Positions 39,453 to 54,400 of a stretch of 64,000 nucleotides of DNA are shown here, one piece after another. Below the pieces are notes generated by a model that worked only from the letters and a program-made list of their open reading frames with translations, made no database searches and was not told the origin of the DNA. Positions within the stretch are counted from its first letter, which is position 1, and the number at the start of each line of letters is the position of its first letter. Source of the DNA: Felis catus (lineage: Eukaryota); NCBI RefSeq assembly GCF_018350175.1, contig NC_058368.1:205966001-206030000 (forward strand), in the 5' to 3' direction. Made by a program: the position numbers and the translations under genes.

Positions 39453-42400
39453 GCCCCATTTATAGATAATTTTCCTAAGCTAATTTCATTTATCTTGAAA
39501 AGAACCCTAAGGGGGAATCAGATTAGATATTTTCAAGAACATTTTACAGATGAGTACATGAAGTCCATCTATTTATTCTGAAGTCAAGAAATATTTATCA
39601 AATATCTACCATGTGCCAAGTACTACACTAAAACTCAAGAAGCTGAGTGGCTCCTGTGATGTCACAGTGAGTAAATGCCAGAGTCGGGCATTGAAATCAG
39701 CTTTCTGATTTTTGCCACTGTTTATATCCACTACATTATACCTCAAGCTATCTGCTTGTTCATTCATTCTGTTATTCATAATTTCAACAAACTATGAAAA
39801 GAGTAGAGTTCTGGTGATATGAACACATAAAAGAAAAAAAGAGGGAATAAAATGATTCCTTTTATAACATGTCGTTAGTTCACTTTAGAATGGGCTATAG
39901 GTAGCATAGTGTCTCTCAAACTTACCAAATTATATTCTTTTTTCTTTTAAATTTTTATTTTAATTCCAGTTAACACAGTGTTATATTAGTTTTAGGTGTA
40001 CAATATAGAGATTGAACAATTCCATACAACACCCGGTGCTCATCAGACAAGTGCACTCCTTAATCCCCATCCCTTTTAACCCATCCCCCCACTCACTTCC
40101 CCTCTGGTACCATCAGTTTGTTCTGTATAACTAAACGTCTGGTTTTTTTATTTGTCTCTCTCTTTTTCCCCCCTAGTTCATTTGTTTCGTTTCTTAAATT
40201 CCACATATGAGTGAAATCATCTGGTATTTGTCTTTCTCTGACTTACTTCACTTAGCATAATACTCTGGCTGTATCCGTGTGATTGCAAATGGCAAGATTT
40301 CATTCTTTCTTATGGCTAACGCAAATTATATTCTTAAGACAAGTTAGTATTGGGGCGCCTGGGTGGCTCAGTCGGTTGAGCATCTGACTTCGGCTCAGGT
40401 CATGATCTCACGGTTCGTGAGTTCAGGCCCTGCATCAGTCTCTGTGCTGACAGCTAGGAGCCTGGAGCCTGCTTCCGATTCTGTGTCTCCCTCTCTCTCT
40501 GCCCCTCCCCCACTTGTGTTCTGTCTCTGTCTCTCTCTGCCTCTCAAAAGTAAAGAAAACTAATTTAAAAAATTTACAAAAAAGACAAGTCAGTATCAGA
40601 ATTATTAGGAAGTAAAAATATACATCCCATGGCCCTTCTCTTAATATACTGATTCAGAATATCTGGGGTTGGGCATGTGATTCTGGTTTTCTTTTTTTAA
40701 GCCCCCAGCTCATTCTGATATAGCCAAGATTGGAAACAACTGCTTAAAAATATAGTCCAAAATGAGAAGGAAAATGGACATGTAGAAAGAGACATATACA
40801 CATCAGTCTCAACATTAAGATTTGCTTCACAGAATTGGTTTATAAATGTTTCAGCCATGCTAGAGAAAACTTGTAAAATCCTTATCTGTGGATAAACAGA
40901 TGTTATTTGATCCTCTAAGAGTCTGCCCCAAATTGGGAACATTTTAGGCTATTCACAGTAGCAGCTGGAACTTTTGAAACTGCTAATATTCACCCATTTT
41001 TGACCTACAAAATTGTCAACTTCATCGGGTTCTACCCAGTATCTTTGATTAGATCGCAACAGAATAAGGAAATCCTGGGTTAAGTAGAAAACGCTACTGA
41101 TGGGGCTCCTGGGTGGCTCAGTCGGTTAAGCGTCCGACTTCGGCTCAGGTCATGGTCTCGCGGTCCGTGAGTTCGAGCCCCGCGTCGGGCTCTGTGCTGA
41201 CAGTGCAGAGCCTGGAGCCTGTTTCGGATTCTGTGTCTCCCTCTCTCTCTCTGACCCTCCCCCACTCATGCTCTGTCTCTCTCTGTCTCAAAAATAAATA
41301 AACGTTAAAAAAAAAAAGAAAGAAAACGCTACTGCAATGTCTCTTAGTCTTCAAATAGTGAAAACAAGGTACCACTAACTTGAAAATCAATCCACTCCCT
41401 CCACTGCAGCTTAATGCTTTATTTATTCATTTCATCAATCACAGATCTAACTAAACATTTGTTAGGCAGATAATCTGTTTCAAAGTCAAAATACCAGGTG
41501 TCTTAGTAAGATTCAGTGCTTTTCTGAATTACTTTATGAAGTTGAACCCACAAAAAGATGGTAAAAATAAAGCAAGATCTCACAGAATGTTGAGACAGAT
41601 CATACATTTTTTATTTTTTAAATATTTTTTAAAGTTTATTTATTTATTTTGAGAGAGATAGAAAGAGAGGCAGAGAGAGAGGGAGAAAGAGAGAGAATCC
41701 TAAACAGGCTCCATGTTGTCAGCACAGAGCCCGACACAGGGCTCGAACCCACGATCTGTGAGATCATGACCTGAGCCAAAACCAAGGGTTGGGACACTTA
41801 ATGACTGAGCCATCCAGGCATCCCGATCATACATAGTTAATAACCTACTGTCATGTAATGGGTTAGCCTAAAATAGCCCCATTTTAACCATGATGCATTT
41901 GATAAATGCTTGGCTTGTGCTGAGTTGAGTTACCAAAGTTTCACTTGTATGTTTATAATTTAGTTGGTAGAGCAACCTGGAAATTTTGAACCACCCATTC
42001 CAATGTCCATGTCTGAATAGGTATTTCAGATACTCTGGAAGTGAGTGCGCTTCTTACTAAAAGTATAATGTCCCTCCAACTTTCTAAAGGCATGGTTCTG
42101 TGTCAAAATTCAAGTATTAAACTTAAAAATAGAATTGATGGACAATGAAAATGTAAGCCCCTCAAAGGGATGAACTTTGTCTACCTTGCCCATTTCTGTG
42201 TCCACAGCATCTGAGGTAGCTGAGCAATAAATGTGTTAAAAGGCAAAAAGGGAGGGCGAGGGGTGGAAAGGGGTAGGAGAGAAGCAAAGGGAAAGACAGA
42301 GGGAAGGGAGTGAATGGTGACTCTTCTTCAATACTTGTGATTATTTCTTTTCTTTTGTGTTAGCAGACATTTTATGCCATAATTATAGCACACAGGAAAA

Positions 42401-45400
42401 CAGCGATTTAATAATTTACAGCTACGATAAAGTTCTTTTGCTGAAATATGCTCCTCTCTCTGCTCCTATTACTCAAATACTACAATTTGCTAAAATTGAG
42501 AAATAGATAAAAATTATATAATTTTTTTAAGAACAGCATACATGGATACACTCATAAAACTCAGAGGATATGTAGAATAATAATTTAATGGAATGAGATT
42601 TGGGTATAATACCAACCACCAAATCATAGATTAACCCAACATAAAAAGAAATGAATAAAAAAACTCTCAAACAAATATTTCTGTTGATGGGTGGAAGAGA
42701 GAGAATATAAATAATTTTGTTTAATCTTAACCCTGAGTAATTTTGAATCACAGCGTCTTAGAGTTGAAAGGGGTGTGGTACGTCATCTGGTGGATAACTG
42801 TCATTTATAGACCAGGTGACATTTCACAGACAACTGGGGCCTAGAAAATGCAAATGCCAGTTAGTGACAAAATTGTGACTTGAATCTCAATTGCGTAACT
42901 TCCAATTAAAAATATATGCAATCCTTTTTCGACGTGTTGCATCAGCAAGTCTTTCTAAATAAAAACTCAGTAGGGACACAGCTACGATTGACAAGCAAGA
43001 GTGAAAGATTTACTTTTCTGATAATTGATTGATCTCTTTTTGGTATGCCTTTGGTATGCCTATTGATCTCTTTTGATAAGCCTACCAAACCTATGCCTCA
43101 GTCACAGTTTACATGACTGAGATCATCTTATCTGTTCAGCACTTTGGACATCGCAGGAAAAAGTTGTGGAAAATAAAATCAAAATTATGTTTTTGTGTGT
43201 GAGATCATGCCATAGAGAGTTAAAGTTATCATGTTATGGTTGGAAGGCAGCTGGTGATAAATAGATGACATTTAAAGGCTTGACACTTCAAGTTTTATTA
43301 CGTTTAATCATCTTGTTTTCTTCCTTTTTTTTCCTCTTTTCTCCTCTTCCATTTAGGATTCTAGTTTTACTAGGGTCCATAAGGTGATAAAAGTCTCAAA
43401 CTTCACAATGAAAACTAAAGATCTGCAGCTTTCGGATGTCTTTTTGAAAGCACTTAACCACCTGCCTCTAGAATACAACTTTGCTTTGTATAGTCGGATA
43501 TTTGATGACTTCGGGACTCACTATTTCACCTCTGGCTCCCTGGGTGGCGTGTATGACCTCCTCTACCAGTTTAGCGTCGAGGAACTGAAGAACTCAGGTA
43601 GACCTTCTGCCGGCCTCCCTTTTTTCTTAAACCTGATTCGACTGCGTGCAATTCATTTTTCTCTTATTCTATTAATGCTTCTTTATTAACTTTTAGACTC
43701 CACTGTACTTCCAAAATGATAAGAAGAACAACCAAAAGGTACACACTCAAATAAATAAAAATATAAAATTAGGACCCCCCCCCAAAAAAAGAAAAAATAT
43801 ACTTAACCTCTCTCATTGGGCATTAGATTTGTCTCTGAGTTTCCTGACAGGTGGGAACATCATAAGCTACACAGTAGTGGTAACCTAAAAGAGAGATACA
43901 TGCTATTACCTCAAGAAAAATGAGATTTGTCCTGAAACTAAACTCCAAAAGATAATTTACTTACAGCAATTTTATAGGAGATAATAACTTTATAGAACAA
44001 TAATTATCGCAAATTTTCTAACAGTCTTTTTCTTTTAATAATGTTTTAAGTAAAAGCCAAAGGCATTAAGATAAAAGAACAATTAAGAACTTGACAAGGG
44101 ACTAAATTAATGTGGGCTAGATATGCACCTACCAGTGATAAAATTGAAACCAGATGAGAAGCACTTATTTTGAAGAAAGTTGGCAAATTTTTATTTTGGG
44201 ATATAATCAGGGATATTTTTCTGCTTATATGTAAAATAACAATAAAAACCTTGGTTTATAGATAAACCTTGGTTTCTTAAGTGTTAGCTTAAATTGCCAC
44301 TATTAATTATTATTATAGCTTAAACACCATTGGATAAATTCATTTTCAGACTCCTTTGTGAGATGACACAGGGCCTTTGTGATGATTCTATCATGTGTCT
44401 CTTGAGAACATGGTTAGGAAACTGTAACCAGAACTCAACTGACCAATTACCCCATATAAATAAGAATTCTTGATCATGTAACTTTTATATAGAAGAAATC
44501 AGGAATTTATTTAAAGAGACATCAGGCCAACTCTGGGGCCAACAGAGTGTCAATCCCTTTGTTCTTAATCTCATGATGGCAAATACTAATGTTTAATGTG
44601 GCTGCCCTGAGTTATTCCAAACTTTAAGTGACCAGATATCCCTCATGATCTGCTTCCTACGAGAGAAGAGGGCATAAATGTCTTTGAGAAGGACTTTCAG
44701 TAAGAGGATCTAAAAAAATTACTGACAGAGTTACTGAAATCCAAAAGATTTATGCTGTGATGGGCTTTTCACATTGCCTGACCCTTATGTTTCATTTCAG
44801 TTATCCTTTCCACAGGAGTGATGTTTGTATGATGAATTTGATATCTTCTCCCATGAGAACACCAGCAACATTAATGCTGAGCAAAAGTGCTTGGGGAAAA
44901 TCTCTGGCCCTTGATTGGTTTCATCTCACCCCTGGGATGAAATTATTCTGGTCACTTGCTGCTATAGCCCAGAAAATAATTTCTCATTTGATCAGCTGTA
45001 CTTATTCAAAGCAAAGCCTCTAAAGGCTCAGAGATCAGGTCAGTTAAAGAACTATGTGAATCTTTAATCAACCATCCAGCATTTTAACAGTTGAAGACCC
45101 CTGACCAAAATAAAGTAATGAGCTACACTTTCCTACTGAAACATTCTCACCTTCTGTGTCCTTCTGTATAAATAGAGGTAGAGGCTAACAAACAGGAACA
45201 CATAATAAGGGAAAGAAAGGGAGTTTGAGATGTAATAGGAAACTGGAGGTATATGACTGTAAATACCTATGTACTCATATACAAACTATATATATATATA
45301 TATATATATATGTATACACACACACACACACACATATATGACATATATAGTACTTAAAGGGTATATATATGTATATTTGATTAAACATATTTCTATATTC

Positions 45401-48400
45401 TTATATGTAATATATATTCTTATATTCAATGAATATATATTTCTCTGAGTCACAAAAGTAATACTGATGCACAGTTTTAATTATGGCTAAGATGAAGCAC
45501 GCCCAGACAGAAATAAATCTCAATAAAATGGAATTCCTTGGTGGGTATGCTTACCTGTTTTTGCCTGCTCTCTAAATGAATATATATTCTGGCCTCCTCC
45601 TCTCTTTTTCCATTTCTTTTCCCTTTGCGTAGCCATAACATGAAACTAGAGTATAGGCTTGGTTTTTATTTGCTTTATTCAATAAGAATTGTATCCTTTG
45701 TCATTAATTTCAAAAGTATGACCTGAATATTTCATAGTACCTTCTCTCCCTCAAGAGGAGTAAAGCAAAATTAAATTGCTTTTTATTTGCATCCTTCATA
45801 TATTCCTCTATTGTTCAATGTCCCATAGTCAATTTAAAACCTGAAGAAAAGTTGACATTGCTTCAGTGTGCTAGGTGAAAAAAAAATTCAGAAATACAGT
45901 AAGAACATTAAAGAATTAAAATATCATAATATGCAAGATGGTAATTTAAACTCCTTTTGTTGAGAAGTCATTTCCTACTCTGAACTGGGAGGAAAACAAT
46001 TACTGGCCCCACCATTTACCCGTATGACATTTTCAAGTAACACTGTTGACCTTTGCCCAGAATAACTGAGGACATTTCTGAAATGCTTGTCCCTACGCAA
46101 CATCAGAGGGACGCTTGGGTTTGAGAGGTCAAGTGCTACAGCATCCAGCAATTGGATAGAGGTCAGGCAGCAAGCTACAGGTTATACAGGGGAAGACAGG
46201 CTTATCCAGAAATTCACTGATAAAGCCTTCATATTTTAATTGCTGCATGACCAACGAATGCCATGGCTCATAAGAAGGATTCACCATTCGAATCTTCAAA
46301 GATTCTCCATTAGCCCTCAGAAAATGAAATTAACTAAGTTGAAAGTTAATTAATTATGTTATAGTTAATGAATTGGACACAGAAAATTTAATTTTCATTT
46401 ATAAATAATAAAAACTTAATGAAAAAATTCAAAAAGGATAGGAGCTCTACAACATAAATGCATTAAATTCCTAACATGGTCTAACCATTATACTGATCTA
46501 CTTGTTAGAACAATACTACCAGGAGAAAATGACTCATATTTATTCAGCTTGACCAAAAAAGAAAAACAGACTTTTTGTTTGTTTGTTTGTTTGTTTATTA
46601 GAGTTAAAAATGCAAGGTAAACATCAAGACTTCAAACTAAGAGTTTTTCACTGCCAACTTATAATGCATCCCTTCAAATGTATCAAACTATTGAAAAAAC
46701 TATGAAGTGGGCAGATCCCATCCCCTTCCACCCCATCCCCGTCTACCTGGCCTCATTTCTCAGTCATCTGTGCCTTTAGGATTCAATTTCAGCATCGCAC
46801 CTAAACTGTGCCTCAAGCTCTAAAAATATTCCTCTGCCGATTATGATCTACAACCCTGAACATCAGTATTTGATGAACTACTTTGCTTTAAGGTGCTAAG
46901 AGCTGATCCTAACAGTTGTATCTCTTGTGTGTTCATGTTTTGTGAGGCAATTTTTTTTTATATGAAATTTATTGACAAATTGGTTTCCATACAACACCCA
47001 GTGCTCATCCCAAAAGGTGCCCTCCTCAATACCCATCACCCACCCTCTCCTCCCTCCCACCCCCCTTCAACCCTCAGTTTGTTCTCAGTTTTTAAGAGTC
47101 TCTTATGCTTTGGCTCTCTCCCACTCTAACCTGTTTGTTTTTTTTTTCCTTCCCCTCCCCCATGGGTTCCTGTTAAGTTTCTCAGGGTCCACATAAGAGT
47201 GAAACCATATGGTATCTGTCTTTCTCTGTATGGCTTATTTCACTTAGCATCACACTCTCCAGTTCCATCCACGTTGCTACAAAAGGCCATATTTCATTTT
47301 TTCTCATTGCCACGTAATATTCCATTGTGTATATAAACCACAATTTCTTTATCCATTCATCAGTTGATGGACATGTGAGGCAATTTTTAACTAAACATCA
47401 AAAACCTGAATTCTTGTGTCAGCTATACTTTATTGAAATAAATTATGTTAAAAACAAAAACCAAAATCTGGAATCTAATTTTGGTATTTCAGGTAGCAGG
47501 TCAGGAGGCTTAGGAAGCTCTTCAGAAAGAGGAGACGTTGATTCTTTTCAAATTACCCCAGATGGGCAGCACCAACTCAGTCTACAAATAGCCAGACCTA
47601 TTTCCCTGCACTGTGTCCCACTTGATCCCTGACACAGCATAGATTTTGAAGCCATTGAGAACATAGAGATTGTGGTGGGAAAGTGTGACTCAGATGCCAA
47701 AATCTTCAACAAATGATGCTTGCAAGTTTGGTAAAAGACAAGAACAAAGAGGACTGAAGGTATGAGAACTGAACAGCTTGAGCTTCCAGGCATCCGGGTT
47801 TTGACAAGACTTTTAAACCTGGAGACTCATCCTATGGAGGCGCTGGGAAGCTAGGAAGATATCAACCCCCACTTCCCAAGGCTGGGGATGAGGCAGCATT
47901 CACCTCCCTTGGAGACATCAGGAGAAACGTTGAGTACAGGCTGGAATGGTGATGAGGAGAGAGAGAGAATAGTCAGTGAGGACACTGAGAAGGATTCATA
48001 GGTTAGGAAGTCAGAATTTCTGAGTTTTGGAGGTACAGGTGGAGTGAGCAGCTGACCCAGGGAGACAGGCATGAGAACGAGTGTTCAGCGAAGGAGAGAT
48101 GACAAAAAAGATTTCCATTTTAGGTGACAATGGGGCAAAAAAGTGAGGTGGACTCAGGCCTCACAGAAACAGTTGTGGCCCAGAAAGAAGGCCTGACCGG
48201 GGCACCGCACAGAACGTGTGTTCATCTCTTGATCTTCAGGACTATACAGTGGCCGTGGCCAGTGGGACAGGTGATCTTTGAGGCTCACTGTGTGTAGGCA
48301 ACAGGGAGAAGCCAACATGAACCCCATGGGATGGGCCACAGTCACCTTATATGTGCTTCTTAGGGCCAGGGTTGAAGGGAGAGACAGCAGGGACTCATAA

Positions 48401-51400
48401 ACACTTCCTCTGTTCAGGATCATCCCAGGGCCTAAAAAGGACTGAATCTGTAGGTGAAGGTGTGAATTATTCGAGTTTATAGGAACTGGGGAAGGATTCG
48501 CAGTGGTGCATCCTCGTGATGTTTTGTTTGCACTCCATTTCCTAGGTTTAACAGAGGAAGAAATCCGAAACTGTGTCCGGATTGAAACAAAGAAACGCAG
48601 GTTGGGTTTTAAGAAAAAAAAAGTGGAACATCGGTGCACCACAAACAAGATGTCAGAGAAATATGAAGGTAAGAGCTCTCTCTCTTAGCGGTTTACCCCA
48701 TGTGTCCTGCAGCTGCACTGATGGGAGTACCATGCTATACTTTGAGGGCGCTATGTTTTTAAGTCTATTTATTGAAAGGGAGAGAGAAAGAGAGAGAGAG
48801 AGAGAGAATGAAAAAGGGAGAGGCAGAGAGACAGAGAGAGAGAATCCCAAGCAGTCTCCACACTGTCAGTGCAGAGCCCAATGTAGGGCTTGATCCCAAA
48901 AACTGTGAGATCATGGCCTGAGCTGAGATCAAGAGTCCCACGCTTAACCGACTGAACCACCCAGGTGCCCCTTGCTTGTGCAAATGTTTTTAACTTTCAT
49001 TTATTTCATATATCTACCTCAAAGCCCTCTGTGTGGTAGGGGGAGGGTGCAAATAAAATATCATTAGCACTACTTAAAAGGGAAATAAAGTTTTCTTGAT
49101 CTTTTTTTAAAATTTTTTCAATGTTTATTTTTGACAGGGAGAGACAGAGCATGAGTGGGGGAGGGGCAGAGATAGAGGGAGACACAGAATCTGAAGCAGG
49201 CTCCAGGCTCTGAGCATAAGCACAGAGCCTGACGCAGGGCTTGAACTCATGGACCATGAGATCGTGACCCAAGCCGAAGTCATGACCTGAGCCGAAGTCA
49301 ACGCCCAACCGACTGAGCCACCCAGGCACCCCAAGTGTTCTTGATCTTATACTTAGATTGTTTACTTAGGTTGTTTACTTTAACATTTATTGGTTCTTCC
49401 CATGGGCTAAACTCAGTATTAGGCATTGTGACGTAGAAATAATTCAGCCATTCCTATAAAGGAGCTTACAAAGTAACTATACATATAAACAACCATTAAA
49501 AATACAGAATGATAAGAGTCTAAGAGAGGTATGTAAATAAGTCTCCAGAAACCAAGCCAGAAACCTGAGTGTTGCTTTAATTTCTCCCTCTTTCTGGCCT
49601 TCACATCCAATAAGTAATCACTCTACATCCTTAATATTTTTCCCATTCACACCCATCCGTTCATTATTTCCAACCTGCATTTCCACAGAAGCCTCCTAAC
49701 TGGTCCCCCTGCCTCTACTGCGGCCTTTCGCCAATGTATTCTACACATTTCTTGTGACAAGAAATTCTTCCAAGGCAAATCTTATCATGAAACTCTCATG
49801 CCTTAATCATGGTTTCATATAGCCTTAAAGATAAATTCCAGTCTCTCTCTCTCTGCCTAGCTGAACTATATAGTCTCCTAAATAAGTCATGCTCTCTCTT
49901 GTGCCTTGCCGTTATTTAGAGCTCCTTCCTCTGCGTAAAGTTCTCTTGTTCCCTGACTTGGCCTAACTGATTGCTATTCATTCTGCTAAAAACAAAGGGG
50001 AGCAAAATCACAGAAACTCCCAAAATATGAAGCCTATATTCTCTTGCGGAGACAAAGAACAAATAAAAATAAAATATTTACTGTAATAATAAATCGGCAA
50101 CTTTGAATATCAGATTATATAGATGGTCTACATGTACATGCCCATGTTAAGCATAAGCAAAATGAGAAGGATTTGACAACTAGGCATTCATATTATAGCA
50201 AAAAAAAAAGGGGGGTGGGGGGAAAGAGAGCATGCAAAACAGACAAATAACCTAGCAATATAAACCAAAGAACGGATATAGAGTCTATACCAGTTTTTCA
50301 TGCAACAAAATAATTTAATGAGATTGTGAATTCAGTAAATCAAGTGCTCAGAGACAAAAAGATTATAAGAATTAATTGAAAAGGCAGATCTCAAAGCTAA
50401 GGTACAAAGACAAACAAACATTGAGAAACATTACCATGATAGTTATAAATAAATTAGATACTGCAAGGACAAAATATAATTGTCTGAAAATAAAATCAGG
50501 AAAGTTAATCACATGTAGGAAAGATTTAAAATAATTCATAATAAATACAGAGGAAAAGTAGACATTAATAGTTATTAAGAAAAATCTAATGGAAATGGAA
50601 GGACAAATATAATTTAATCAGTGGGAATTCATGTTCCTGAAATAGAGATCCCAAGAAATTAAACAGGAAAGCTGTTAAAAAAAAAAACCAAAAAACTATA
50701 AACAAACATATCCCTGAAATAAAGGAAGAAATTTGTTTTGATTATATGAATCAGAAATACTGCTTAAATACACAACTTCAAGACAAATTCTAGTTAATTT
50801 GCTAATTACCAAGATTTTAAAAATGAATTTTTCAAGTACCTTGGCCGAAAGAGCAAATCTCCCACAGATCAACAAAACAACACAATCTGTCTGGCCTCAG
50901 ACTTCGCCATAACTAAATTCAATGCTGTAAGACAATGTCCACAAATTTCTGAGAGAGGAAAAAATAATAATTTCATATATAAGGGTAACAGGAAGACACC
51001 TCAAAACATGAGAGAATTCTGAGAATATGCATTCTTGAGTACTTGCTAAAACAAACAAACAAAAACAAAAAGGGAAAAAATGCTTAATTTAAAAATCCAT
51101 CCAACAAAGAGATGAGAAAATGTCAAAGATGGACCCATGGTTTTCAGCTTGTAGGAATAAGGTGAGGACACTGCCAAATCAGAGACTATTCCAATGGGCC
51201 CCAAACTGGCTTATCAATTATCCATCACTGTCCCCATGACACATTGCTAATACTCCTGAATTGTGCCAACTCCCCAACTCAAAATTAAAAGCTTTACATC
51301 CAGATCCTCTGTTTTGCTGCTCTTCCCCTACCTGAACCTTCAACTTGAACTCAAGTGGATGTCCATATGAACTGTCTCCAGAACATGGCACATCCACCCC

Positions 51401-54400
51401 TCATTCCAGGTCTTTGCCCATGCTGGGAGCACATTGCCCCCTACCGTGTCTTAGCTTTGCCTCAAAGTCCTTTCACCGTACCCCCCCTCCCTAATTGCCT
51501 AAGATCACAGAATTCTTTCACTTCCCTGAAAACAGGAATCATTCATTGTTGGACCACTCAGTGACACTTAGCAAAACTGTTTTATTGGTCTTTTTGTTTA
51601 CCTTTCTCTCCCTTTCCTCCCCTCCCTTCTTAACTTCTTTCCTTCCTTCTTTCCTTCCTTCCATTTCTCCTTTTCTTCCTTCCTTTTTTAATTTCTCTAT
51701 AGTTCTGCTAGTATTTTTATGTACCTATTTTGTCTCCTTATAGAGAGTCTAAGTCCTTCAAATACAAAAGGCATATTGTGCATTTCTCTCAGTCTTTAGT
51801 GCCTGGCATATAGCAGATTCTCCACAAATACGTGTTGATCGTGATGAAAATTTGCCAAAAATCAAAGCACATTTGAGAGTTAAGTACACATAGTGCCTGG
51901 GTGGCTCAGATGTTAAGCATCTGACTTCAGCTCAGGTCATGATCGATCTCATGGTTTGCAAGCTCAAGCCCTGCTTCGGGTAAACACAAGCCCTGCTTTG
52001 GGTGAGTCCCACTTCTCTCTCTCTCTCTCTCTCTTTCTTTCTCTTTGACCCTCACTCACTTGTGCTCTCTCTCTCTCTCAAAAAAAAAAAAAAAAGAGTA
52101 AAGCACACACAAAAACATGATTTGTCTATTCCAAAACCTGAGCTCATCTGATTAAATCACTGGACTCCAAACTTTTTAAATCTGTAATCATCTCATTAAT
52201 TTTTTTTACTATATATCCCTAATATACTTACTAAAAGAATACTAACAAATTTTATATATTTATCTAAAAATATATTATGCACACAAAATATATACAAATG
52301 TAGAAAAGAGAAAATGTTAAAAGATAGCCTATATGAAGTAAACAGAATGTATTTCATTGTCTCGCTCACATTGAGCGATGAATGAATGTAATGATGAATC
52401 AATATTTCATTAAAAACTCCTTGAAAGTTTTGATATGTTTTGGGCAGCTTTGGTGTCACTCTCATATTGTAGTTTATGAGAAGCTTGTATAAGAAATATC
52501 TGTTCTTCCATGGAGTGCCTGGGTGGCTCAGTCTGTTAAGCGTCTGACTTCAGCTCATGTCATGATTTCACAGTTTGTGAGTTTGAGCCCCGCATTGGGC
52601 TCTGTGCTGACAGCTCAGAGCCTGGAGCCTTCTTCAGACTCTGTGTCTGCCCCTCTCTCTGCCCCTCCTCCACTCATGCTCTGTCTCCATCTCTCAAAAA
52701 TGAATAAATGTTTAAAAAAAAGTTTTTTTAAAGAAATATCTGTTCTTCCTTCTACTAGTTGTTTTGTTTATGTTTGGAAGATTGGTATCATCTTCAATCT
52801 GCATTTTCCTCCTGGAATCTTTTTAAAAATTGTTTAATGTTCATTTATTTTTGGAGAGGAAGACAGAGTGTGAGCAGGGGAGGGACAGGGAGAGGGGGGA
52901 GGCACAGAATCCGAAGCAGGCTCCAGGCTTTTAGTTGTCAGCACAGAGCACAACACGGGGCTCAAACTCACAAACCACGAGATCATGACCTGAGCCCTAG
53001 TCAGAGACTTAACCGACTGAGTCACCCAGGTGCCCCTCTTCCTGGAATCTGTTTAAATCACTTGTTGGCAGGGCGCCTGGGTGGCGCAGTCGGTTAAGCG
53101 TCTGACTTCAGCCAGGTCACGATCTCGCGGTCCGTGAGTTCGAGCCCCGCGTCAGGCTCTGGGCTGATGGCTCGGAGCCTGGAGCCTGTTTCTGAGTCTG
53201 TGTCTCCCTCTCTCTCTGCCCCTCCCCCATTCATGCTCTGTCTCTCTCTGTCCCAAAAATAAATAAAAAAACGTTGAAAAAAAATTTAAATCACTTGTTT
53301 GCTTTTAAGAGTTAGTTCTATTCAGACTAGTAGTAAATGGACTTAATGCTCACTCCTTCTTCAGGATGCTATGTTTATCATATTTAACACTTAACTAATG
53401 TCAATCCACTCATGAAATACATAGTATCAATCCAAATGTGAACTAGCTTGTCAGAGCTACTGTCAATCCGTATATAATATATTGGCAGATGCTAATTTCT
53501 CTCTATATTTATGTGAAAAATAAATACAAAAATCTCTAAAATGTTCTTCTCATGTCCCTGTGTTATCTTATGCAACCTTTGAAAAGGATCATATTATTTT
53601 CTTCACAGAAAGAGTATTTCACCCATTGTTCTGATCATTCTAGACTCTTTTTTTTAAGTTTATTTATTTATTTTGAGAAAGACAGAGACAGTGCAAGTGG
53701 GGGAGGGGCAGAGAGAGAGGAGAGAGAGAATCCCAAGCAGGCTCCTGATGTGGGGCTTGAAACTAAGAAGCCGAAAGATCATGACCTGAGCCGAAACCAA
53801 GAGTCAGACGCTTAGCTGACTGCCCCACCCAGGCACCCCTAGAATTTCTCAACAGTGGAAGCATAGCTAATCCTTACTGGTACTTCACAATAAACACCAA
53901 ATTAATGCCATTAACTGTCACCCATATCACCAGCCTCCTTTTCATTTGCTTTTATTTCTCCCTACTCCTTCCTATTCCTCAGACCCTACCCTTACTAAAG
54001 ACCCCATTAGTTCACAGGACTTATTTTTGAAAATTTGTGTAAAAGATCTGTGTTGTGTACATTAAATATTGCTTCTAAAGAAACACTGTGCCAGCTCTTA
54101 ATTTGAGGTTTAACTTTTTCTTTCTCGTTGGTTAGTTGTGCTTTTGCACCTGTCTCTAAGCTTGAAAGCATTCTATCAATTTTTAATGTAATTGGAAGTC
54201 TCCTGATTGGATATCAGAAACCATGTGACTTATGTTATTCTGAAGGCCCAAGACATATGCTAATATAAGTCAAACGTGGGAGGTTTGGCATCAAAGGGCA
54301 GGGAGCAGAGTAGTCTGCACCTGGGCAGGTTAGTACGCCGGCTTCCCACCCCTACCCCACTCCCAGTAACTACGTGTGTTCCAGGCTAAATTACTTCTAG

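Noticed and set aside
48154..48648. 164-aa antisense ORF (also 24435-24881 antisense)
   Set aside because: Shadow ORFs overlapping C6 exons on the opposite strand, with no independent coding signal.
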